NCBI GenBank assembly: GCA_036172245.1
Contig: JAYWIR010000028.1
Coordinates: 62,001-126,000 of the forward strand
DNA length: 64,000 nucleotides
Direction of reading: 5' to 3'
Origin: Raillietiella orientalis
Lineage: Eukaryota
The stretch's first letter is position 1. Every line of letters begins with the position of its first letter. Positions 24,901 to 34,400 of this stretch are shown here, piece after piece. The notes beneath the pieces were generated by a model. It saw only the letters and a list, made by a program, of their open reading frames with translations. It had not been told where the DNA came from and ran no database searches. The position numbers and the translations under genes were made by a program.

Positions 24901-27704
24901 ACGGGAGCTCTTTGGTTGCGGAGGGCGCTCTTAGATGGCGCCATCGAAAAGCTTTTCCCACCCGCGTCGCGCGCGGTCTCGTGGGCGCGCGTCGCTCGGT
25001 CAGCGCGACTCACTTTTCGGTGAGGCAGCGGTGGCGAGAAGTGCCGAGAGATGAGCTCCACGGCAATCCCACTTCCCCCAATCCCCCCTTTTTTTCCTTC
25101 CCTCTCCGGAGGCTTATTCCCGATTCCGCGCGAGAAGCAATTTATTTTTTTCGCGTCCAGGGGAGGAGGGCGGCTTTTCTCTCAGGGCGATCTCTTACTT
25201 TTTTTCTCTCCCCCCCCCCCTCCCTCCCTCCCACCCGTTGTTGTTGTTTTCGATGGGAAGTCGAAAATCCCTCCTGCGCGCGCTCCCCCCATTCCGAAGG
25301 CGGTAATTCCCTTCCCCCTATCAGCTCATGATCCCGATTTGCCGCCCATTCAAAAGAGCCATTCGATCCTTTTTCGGGGAGGTGGGGGAGGGGAGGGGGA
25401 GGAAATCATATCTGAAAGAGGCAGTCGCTGCAGCAGCCGAGGAACGCGAGGGTCACGTGTTTCGTCCCGGGGGTTCGCCCGCTCTTTGTCGCGCCGAGCC
25501 TTCCCCTTTCGGCGAGGGGCGTGCCAGCGCGAGGGCGGAAAGTCGGGGAGAATGGGGGGGGGGGGGGGGGAGGAAAATCAGGGGCCTCTCCGGGCGGGCG
25601 GCGGGTCGCGCAAAGGCAGGCTGGCCGGCAGGCGCTTGCTTTTCGCCCTGCGGGCCCCACGGGGAGGCCCGGAGAGGGCTGGCGGAGTGCGTGGGAGCGA
25701 TGGTTTCTCGCGCGCGAGCGGCCGGCCGGGGCGCTGCTGCGCCTCGACGGGCGAACTTTCGGGAGGCGAGAGGAAGAAGGAACCCTCCCCTTGCCCGGGG
25801 TGGGGGGGGGGGGGGGGGAAAGGTTCGATCCCTCTGCTCCCCTCCTTTTTCGTCCCCGTCTCGGGGATGCAGGGGGGGGGGGGGACGTTTCGGGGTGACT
25901 GCGGAGCCTTTCCCCCGGCGGGAGGCTGCTCCTCGGAGCTGGCGCTCCCGCGTTCCCCCCGGTAATCCGCAGCGTACACAGAAGGAAGCGCGGAGCGAGA
26001 GGGTCCATTAGGCGCGCGCAAATTATCGTAATGAACACGCGGGCGATGATGGATGGCGGAGGTGGCGTGGGCGCGCGCGCGCTCTCTCCGAGGGTGCCGC
26101 AGGGGGCGGGGGTAAGCGAGAGAACGGGAAGGGAAGGAAGGAAGGGGGTGGGGAGGTCTTGCGCCCGCCCTCGGAGGAGAGGGGAGGGTGGGCGGCACTC
26201 GCGCGGCGACACGCGGTGCGCAGAGGACTCCGCGGCCCCTCCCTCCCGTCCCCCCGTTTCCAAGGGCGACGGGAGGCCGAGCGAAGGCAGCGAGGGGACG
26301 GTCCCAGCGGGCCTCGAAGATCGTCTGACGGAGCCGCTCGAACCGACGACACACGCCCGTGCGGTAGGGACGCCCCATAAATCAAAACCGCGGACAGCGC
26401 TGCCTCTCTCGGGCCGATGGGGGCGTGCGCCCCCTCCCTGGGGGAGGGAGGGAGATTCCCAAACGCGCCTGCGCGCAGCTGCAGGCTCCCTCCTCCCCTC
26501 CCCCCCCCCTCTCTCTCTCTCTCTCTGTCTCTCTCTCGCCATCATCCCGGGCCCGCCGCGCGCCCCCTCCCTTCTCCGGAGCCCGACGAGGGGCCGCTGG
26601 CGCTGCTGCGAGCCGCGCATTCCTCGCCGGATGGGATGGGCGGCGGCGGCGGCGACCCACCGACCCCCGGAAAATTCCGCGGATGCCTACCGTTTGTTGC
26701 TGTCCTCGATGACACGCGCGATAAGAGGGATGGGAGCTTTCAGCGGGGGCCGTTGCGGGGGACGATTGACTTACGCGCGGACGGACACGACGGAGGTGCG
26801 CGCGCACGTCGCCGGGCGCGCCGGGACGGGGGCGGGACGTGGAAGAAGAAGGAGGGAAGCGAGCGAGAGGAAATCACGCGACCACGCGTGAAAGGGGGAG
26901 TGGGGGCGGGAAGAAGAAAGGAAAAAGGTCGAAAGAGCTCCGTACGCCTGGGGGGGAAGGAGGGGGAGGAGGCGAACGCGCGCGCGTGTGTGGCAGCTCC
27001 CGCCTCGCCTCCGAAATTCCTCCCGAGTCGATAAAATTCCGATTCATCATTAAGCGGTGTACCTTTTCCTCGTCACGTGACGCCCGGCCGCCGCGGTAAT
27101 TGCCTAGAAGCATTCCAGGACACGGACGCGTCACCCCGTGTCTCCCTTCCCCCCCCCCCCTCCCTCCCTCCTTCCTCCCTCTTGCGAGAGAGCGCCCCTT
27201 CGCGGCTGCTTCTCCGCCGTCCGCCACGGCTCTCTCTCGCCGGCTGGTGGGGCGGCCGCTCGGTCCCCCGGGGGGTGCGCGCGCGCGAGGGAGAGAGGGA
27301 GGGTCGAAGGAGGACAAAAATCCGGAGTAAATCTTCCGCATCCGATCCGAGGGGAGAAATCACGGCGGAATTCGTGCGCAGCGGAGATTTTTTTTTTTTC
27401 TTTCCGAGCTTCGCTCCCGAGCCGATTGTTTGGCCAGCGTTGCCGGGGCAACCGAGGCGCGCGGGGCTTCCGAGGCGAGGCGCTCCTCTCGTGCGAGCTC
27501 GGCAGCGCATTCGCCGCTTTCCGCGTTTCCTCCCCCTCTCCTCTTCCGCCCCCCTCCTTCCCCTTTTTCCCCCGGCGGGTCTCGCGGCGCATCCGGGAGG
27601 ATCCGACGGGAGGGGAAGGAAAACCTCGCGGGAGAGGAGCTTTGCCCCTTCCTTTTCCCGTCCCTCCAGCGTGCTCGCCTCCACGCCGCCTTCCGACGCT
27701 CTCC

Positions 27705-27707
<3 letters not shown>

Positions 27708-27741
<34 letters not shown>

Positions 27742-27762
27742 GCGCGCGCGCGCGCGCGCGCG
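27708..27762. repeat. Compound microsatellite (CT)n followed by (CG)11
   Basis: ctctct...ct then cgcgcgcgcgcgcgcgcgcgcg at 27741-27762. Confidence 0.9.
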
Positions 27763-27895
27763 CACGGACCGGAAGCGGCCCGCGCGCGGCGCGGCTCGTC
27801 GGACGCCATCCGCGCGCGCGCGTGCGCGGCCTCTGCCCCCGGGGCTCCACGATCGTCCTTCCCGACGACGGATGGGAGCGGACGTCCACCCCTCT

Positions 27896-27923
27896 TCCGG
27901 GAGACGGAGCTCCGTCTCCCGGA
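27896..27923. repeat. Perfect 28-bp palindrome
   Basis: TCCGGGAGACGGAG|CTCCGTCTCCCGGA is its own reverse complement. Confidence 0.9.
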
Positions 27924-29765
27924 GGGGCCTCCACAGGGCCGAGTGGCGCTCTCGATCGCCGAGCTCCTCCGCCTCCCGGAAGGACACGAGAAGCGCATCT
28001 TCCTCCGGCTCTGCACGGATCCGTCCTCCAGATTAAGGGAGGATTTCCCCGGATCAGATCCGATTACCTTCCCTCCGGAGATGCCGGGATCCTGGAGCGA
28101 GACGCCCCCCCGGGAGGAGGAGATGGGGGGGCGCAGTTCGACTCGTTTGCTTGCCTTTCCGTTTTTCGAAAATAGAAAACTGCGAACCTCCCGGAAGAGG
28201 AGAGGGCATCCCGGGAACCGGACAGGAGATGCTGCGCGGGATCGCGCGCGCGGAGCGGAGCGTTAGACCGCGGAGAGATGGAACGGCGCGGCTGCTCCTT
28301 CTTGCCCTCCCGGCAGCCCCGACCGCGACGTGCGCGCTTCCCGGCGGCCCTTCGCTCTGCAGTGCGGTCGGAGGCGCCAGCGCGGAGGCCTCCCGTCGAC
28401 GCGGTCGCCGGCAGAAGGGGGAAGAAGCGACGAGTCCGTCCTCGGCCGCGTTTCCCTGTCTGCTGAGGTCCCGGAACGCGATCCGGGTCATCAGGAGGGG
28501 CCCGTCTTCCCCCTTCCACCCGCTCCCTCCTCGCTGCCCGTCTTCCCCCTTTGGCTGCTTGGAACGCGCGCCTCCCCTGCCCGCACCCCCGCAACAGCGC
28601 CGTTGTTACGGGTCGCGGGGAAAAGGCGGGGTGGGGGGAAGGGGGTCATGCGACCTGCATGACGTCTGGAGGCGATAGGGGGAGGCTGGCGAGGGGCATA
28701 GGAGGCTGGGAGCCCGCTTACCCCTGGCTTCCTCGTGGACCATCGCGCCTGTCGGGGGGCTGGAAAAGCCTCCCCATCGATTCCCGGAATCTTCGGGGAA
28801 TCATCCGAGCATGCGAGAGGCAGGCCCCCTCTCCCTGAGCACCTCCGGCCCCCACCCATCTCGGTCGGCGGTGAAGACTGCGGTGGCCCCTCTTCCCCTC
28901 GACGAAGTGACCCCGTCTTTCCCCACCCCTTCCTTCTAAGCAGGACGCCGCCGCTCAGGCCCCGGGAATCTCTCGGAAGCAGGGTGCCTCCGCCCCTCTC
29001 CCTTCCCCAGGGTCCTGGCTTCATCCGATCACACTGGCGCTCCGGCCCCCCTCCCCTTCCTAAAAGAGGGAATCGCTCCCGGATTGCTTCCTTGCAGCCT
29101 TCTCGCGGGACCAGCGGGCTGCTGGAGGGTGAAGCAAGCAGGGAGGGAGGGGAGCGACGTCGGCCCGTAGGGCGGTGCATGCCCGCCTAGAGGGAGCCAA
29201 TAGGCAGGTAGAGAAAGGCTTTGAGGGGCTCCCGCTGCACCCTCTCACGGGACCGCGCCCCTTTCCGCAGTAGGGCTACGAGGATAGTTGGGAAAGGCGC
29301 TGCCCACCGCCGGGAGGGGAGCTTCGGGAAGGTCAGGGAGATGAAAGTCGTGCCCGTCCGTTTCCCGGGCAACGACGGGTTCGTTGCAGGGGAGCGCGTC
29401 TGCCGGCTTCCGGGGGAAACGGGCGAGTGGGAGGACCATTTCTTGCGGGCCCTGGGTCTCGGGAAGGAGGTCCTCCAGGAGGAGAAAGTTTCGGGAAGGG
29501 CCTTCTTCCTCCCACCTTCCCCCATCGAGCGTGGGACGCCCTTCCCTCACTGCCCCTGCGATGGCCTTCCCGCAGGGCAGCGGCGACTCGAGATGTCAGA
29601 GGGAGGCGAAGGGGACGGTCCGAAAGGGAGGGGGGGCCCCTGAGAGCGCAACCCCGTCCCCGCCAGCCACCTGGCGCTTGCCGCCGCCCTGGTGCGGACG
29701 GCCCGCGCTCCTTCCCAACGCCCGCCCGACCCGAGAGGACGCCTCGGCAAAACAAGGAGACTAGA

Positions 29766-29771
29766 TTTATT
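29766..29771 (-). promoter_or_regulatory. Candidate polyadenylation signal of Otx copy A
   Basis: AATAAA on the minus strand (plus TTTATT) about 130 nt past the stop, within GC-rich sequence. Confidence 0.6.
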
Positions 29772-29899
29772 CCCGGAACACGGGTGTGTGTGTGTGTGTG
29801 TGTGGCCCCAGCGCTTCCAGTCCGCGCTTTCCGGGCGGGGCGCTGGGGGCGAGGAGAGGGAGGGGAAGGACGGAGGAGGACGTCCTCCGGGAGCGGCCC

Positions 29900-31451
29900 C
29901 TACAGCACCTGGAAGCCCTGGTACTTCAAGCCTCCGCTCCTGTCCCCGCACTCGAAGCAGTCCGGGCTCACGGGGTTGCCTGGCGCCAGCGCCGGCCGCG
30001 CCAAGTTGGGGCTGAGCATGGTGGAGGCCGTGAGTCCTTGGGGGCCGTGCGCCATCTGCATGCAGCTGATCTGCTGCAAGGGAAAGAGAGAGGGACGACC
30101 AGGTCGAGGAAAGGGCCGACAGCGCGCGAGGGCGGTGGCAGCGGCGGAGCCACGCGCGCGCGCCAACACCTACCGACTGGCTGAGCTGCGGGTGCGCCGC
30201 GGCGGCGGCGGCCGTGCAGGCGAGATACTCCACGCCCTGGTAGTAGGCGGCGGGGCCGTAGTTGGCGCCATAGGTGGGCTGGGAGGGGCTGATGGGGTAG
30301 GCGTTCCTCTCGAAGCCGTTGCCCTGCAGCAGCTCCGGCACGCCCACTAGCGGGGAGGGGTGCCATAGGGGTCCGAACGGGCTGCCGCCGGGGGGCGTCG
30401 CGGCGGGGTGGTGATGGTGGTGGTGGTGGTGATGGTGGTGACCGGGGCTGCTTGCAGGCGCCGACGCCCCTGCGAACGACGCACCACCGCCACCAACGCC
30501 GCCGGGGGACTTGTAGTGGTGTTGGTGGTGCTGGTGGGCGTCCTCGGCGACAGGGGAGGGCGGCGCTGAGTCCGGGCTTTCCGCATGGACGGACGACGAG
30601 GACGACTTGGCCTTTTTGGCCTTGGGCGGCGGGCACTTGGCCGCGGCGGCCCTCGGGCCCGCCGCCGCCGCGGGCTGGTGCTTCTGGTGCTGGCGGCACT
30701 TGGCCCTGCGGTTCTTGAACCACACCTTGAACCGGGACTGTGAAAGGGGGGCCGCCGGGCGGAGAAGGGACAGACAGACCTGCACCCGGGACTCGGGCAG
30801 GTTGATCTTCAGGGCGACCTCCTCCCGCATGAAGATGTCCGGGTACCGCGTCTTCAGGAATAGGGACTCGAGGATGTCCAGCTGCGCCCTGGTGAAGGTC
30901 GTCCGCTCGCGGCGCTGCTTGCGGTTGGCACCTGCAACCCCAGGCGCCAGTGAGCGTCTGCGTCCACGGGCTCTCGCGTACCCCCCGGCCCCCCTGGGGC
31001 GCGGGCACAGAGAGCGAGCCCGCGCCCCAGGGTCCGCCCCTCGGGCGCGAGGTCTCTCTCTCTCTCGCAGCTCTCAACCGTCCGATTCCTCCCTGGAAGG
31101 AGGGGAGTGCCCCTCAGGGCAAAGCGCACCGGGAGACCCCCTGCTGGGGGGCAGGGTGCTCGGAGGGGTGGGTGGGGGTGTGGACCCGGCGGGGATGCAC
31201 GAGAAGGGAAGTAGTGGGCGACTCGGCTCCGTCCGCTCCCGACCGGGGACGTCTCCGTCGGGGGGAGGGATGGGACGCGCGCACGTCCTGGGGTGTCCCC
31301 CCCCCCCCAACCTACTTTGCAGGGCGTTGGGGTACTGCAGACTACCGTGGAGGGGCTCCATGGCTATGTTCAGCCCGTTGATCCCGTACTGGGGGTGCTT
31401 GAAGTACGAAAGGGCGGGACCGGGCGCTGAAGCAGAGCATGCCGACGGGAA
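29900..31451 (-). CDS. otx: Otx/orthodenticle-class K50 homeobox gene, copy A (5' end unresolved)
   Basis: Exons (minus): 31451-31316, 30931-30780, 30725-30174, 30073-29900; phases 0/1/0/0 are consistent. Homeodomain [61 protein letters not shown]-terminal [21 protein letters not shown] motif, poly-His, WSP-like PLWHPSP, and C-terminal [22 protein letters not shown] Otx tail. Confidence 0.95.
30726..30779 (-). other. 54-nt phase-0 intron in homeodomain helix 3 of Otx copy A
   Basis: GTCTGTCTG...GGTTCAAG between RVQ and VWFKNRR, the usual intron position in paired-like homeoboxes. Confidence 0.9.
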
Positions 31452-34400
31452 CTGAGGGAACGCCAGGATGAACGGACGACACTGGAAGAGAGAAAACTGG
31501 GATGCTTCCTTCCCCCGTGGGCCGCAAGAGGGCGACCCGCCTCCCACCTCTTTCTCCGATCCCCCGCTGCTCCTCCTCTCCCCCTCTGGCAGAGCGAGGG
31601 ACGCGCGGATACGAGAAAGACGGAAGGGACGGAGCAGGGGTGGAAAGGGTACTCTCCTTCCCCCCTCCTCCCCCCGTCCCGGGAGAACCATCCCTCTCAC
31701 CACTCTTCCTTCCCCCCCTGCGCGGTTTTCAGACAGGCCAAAAGGGGCAGCGGGACGGTAAGGGACGGCGCGGATTTTTTCACCTCCTTCGCCCCAAAGG
31801 AGCACGCGCAACGAAAAGACGGGAGGGAGGCCCCTGTCCTCCGGAACGGCCCTCCGGCTGGGTCCCTCGGGAGCGGCCCTCGAGGTGGAAAGGGCGGAGC
31901 TCGGGAAAGAGGTGTGAGGATAGATCCTCTCCCTTCCCCCCTCCCCCCCCATGCTCCTTTCCTACCCCCCGTCTCACCTGGTATTCGTCGCTAGGCGACC
32001 AGTTCGCGGACAACCCCGCTTCGGCTCGCTGCCGGGATGCGATCTGCCCTCCGCAGCCTTCCCGCAGCGGCGCGCGGCCGCGGCGGGAAGGCCTGGCTGC
32101 AGGCCCCGCCCCTCGGACGCTGCGGCGGTCGGACGTCGTCTCCAGGCCCCGCCCCGCTCCGCAGCGGCGGAGCGTCGGGGCGCGCCCTCTGGCCGGCGGG
32201 GAGGTGTCGGCACGGCCGGTCGACGCCGGCGGTTCGCGGACGCACGCGCCCACCGCCTCTGCCGGGCGACTCTCCGCCCGCTCGCGCGGGCGCGCGCGCC
32301 GTTCGCTCGCGGCTTTTTCCTCCCTTCGGCAACGGCGGCTGCAGCCGCGCTCGCTCTCAGCACGCTCCGAGGCGGCGGCCGCCGCAGCCTGACCGGGGAG
32401 GGGAGGGGAGGGGAAGAAAGGGTGGGGGGGAGGGTAGTCTCCGCCCCTCCTTCCCCCTCTCCTCCCCCGCGAGCGAGACCCTCCAGAAGGGGCGTCGGTG
32501 TACCGCCCCGTCTCGGCGCCATCCGAGGGAGGGCGGCCAGCGCGGTCCCTACGCGCTGCGGGGGACGGACGGCCCCGTGGTCGATCCGCAACCCTCCGTT
32601 TCTCGAAGGGTGTGGAGGAAGCTTTGTAGCCTCGGCTTCGGGAGGGGAACGGTGGGGGTAGACGGGTAGGGGCGGCCCACCTTCGCATGCCTGTCCCTTC
32701 CGGAGGATTCGGAGCGGGATGGGAGCCTCCCCTCCCCCTCGTAACCTGCTTCACGAGCGCGGCGGCCCGTCCCTCCAGGAAGGAAGGAAGGGCGGGGGGC
32801 GGAAGGGGTTGGGCGGGGAGGAGGCGAGCGCAAGGGAAACGGGGACGATGGGGGAGGGGGGGGGAGGGCAATTTGCGGCGCCTCCTCTGCGCCCCACACA
32901 AAGGGCGCGCGGATCGCCGCGCGGCGCATGCAAATCGCCGGGGATCCATCACGAGATAATCCGGATTTGCTCCTCCCGCGGTGATGGATCGCGTTGACCG
33001 CTCTCTCCCGGCGGGCGTGGATGCTGCTGCAGCCGCTGCAGCCGCTGCTGGTGGTGGTGTGGTCGCACCCCCTCCCCAACCTCTCCCTTTTCCTGCCTGC
33101 CTGGAGAGGGGGCCGGAGAGGGAAGAGGTGGGAAGGTCCTTCGCATCTCCTGTGCCCGAGGAGGGCCGCGCAGCGGGAAGGGGGGGGGGGGGAGGGCGCG
33201 CTCTCCTGTCGGCCTTCCCCTTCTCCCCCGCCCCCCTCCCTCTTTCCCGGCGCAGGCGAGGGGTGCGCGCGCGCGCGCCTGCTCTCTCCCCGGGCAGCCG
33301 AGATAAATCTTCCCCGCGGAGCCGCCGTAAACTCCCGGGGCGGGCGGGCGTTCCAGGAAGACGTGCCGAGGAGATGCGTGAGAGGAAGATTTAGTGCGCT
33401 AAGAGGATTACGGCGCTTCCCCCCCCCCTCCTCTTCCCCCCCCCCCTCCCTCCCTCCCTCTCGCCCTCCGCCGGGCCATTCGACGTGTCACGTTCCGGGC
33501 CATAAACCGGGATATCTGATGGCGCAAAAAAAGGAAAAAAAAAAGAAAGGAGGAAAAAAGGAGGAAGGGAGAGCGAGGGAAGGGAGGGAGTTTGGTCCAG
33601 CCACCTCCGAGGGGGGAGGAGGCGGAGAGCGCCGTGGTCGCTGCCGCAGAGGGACAGGCGGACAGGCCCCTCGGAGGAAGGGGGGGGGGGGAGGGAAGGA
33701 GGGGCAGGTGCTGCGCTGGCGCTGCTCTCGGAGGCCGGTCGCGCGCGGCCCCTCCGCCGGCGGCCACGGCACGGAGGGCGCGCGCCGCGCGCGGCCCTGG
33801 AGGGTCGCGGCGGCGATGGCCGCTGCCGCCGCCGCCGCGGCCGTCGTCGGATCATCCGGCGGAGATCGGCGAGATGATAATTAGGGGGTTTTTGCTCCTC
33901 CGGAGCCAGCAATCCCTTAAGCGGCTTGAGAGAACAAAACGGCGGAGCCGCTCTTTCACGCCGGCACCTCCTTCCCGCGCGGGCCCCGGGATCCGCGGGC
34001 GTATAAATGGGGCACCGCCTCCCGCGCCCGCGTCAGTTCGATCTGCCATGTGGCCGGTGAGCTGCCCCGCACCCTCTTCTTCCCCCCCCCCCCCCCCTCT
34101 CCCCGGGGAGGGCGAAGCTCCGGGCTTCGGGGCACATCGCGCCGGGTGGAGGAAGGCGGCGGGAGTAGGGGGAGGCAGGGTAAGGGGAGGGGGAATCGCT
34201 GCTGGTGCTGCTGCTGCCGCCGAGGCGGCGGCGGCGGCGGCGGCGGCGAGGGCCCTGCATAGGGGGGATGCATGGGGGGGCGCGGGCGGACTGGAGCAGG
34301 AGGAGGAGCAGGGTCATGCAGCGACGACGACCACCTGGAGGGAGATGCGTCCCATCGCCGGCGGCGGCAACAGTAAGGATCGGTTTCTTCTCCGGGGACG

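Noticed and set aside
29547..30830. 427-aa unspliced ORF as the full Otx copy A protein
   Set aside because: It starts inside the homeodomain, includes the 54-nt intron and reads through the donor at 30173. The spliced model restores the homeodomain and the FQVL tail.
30607..31455. Plus-strand ORFs (also 46518-46943) that resemble each other
   Set aside because: Antisense shadows of the homeobox tract, not independent genes.
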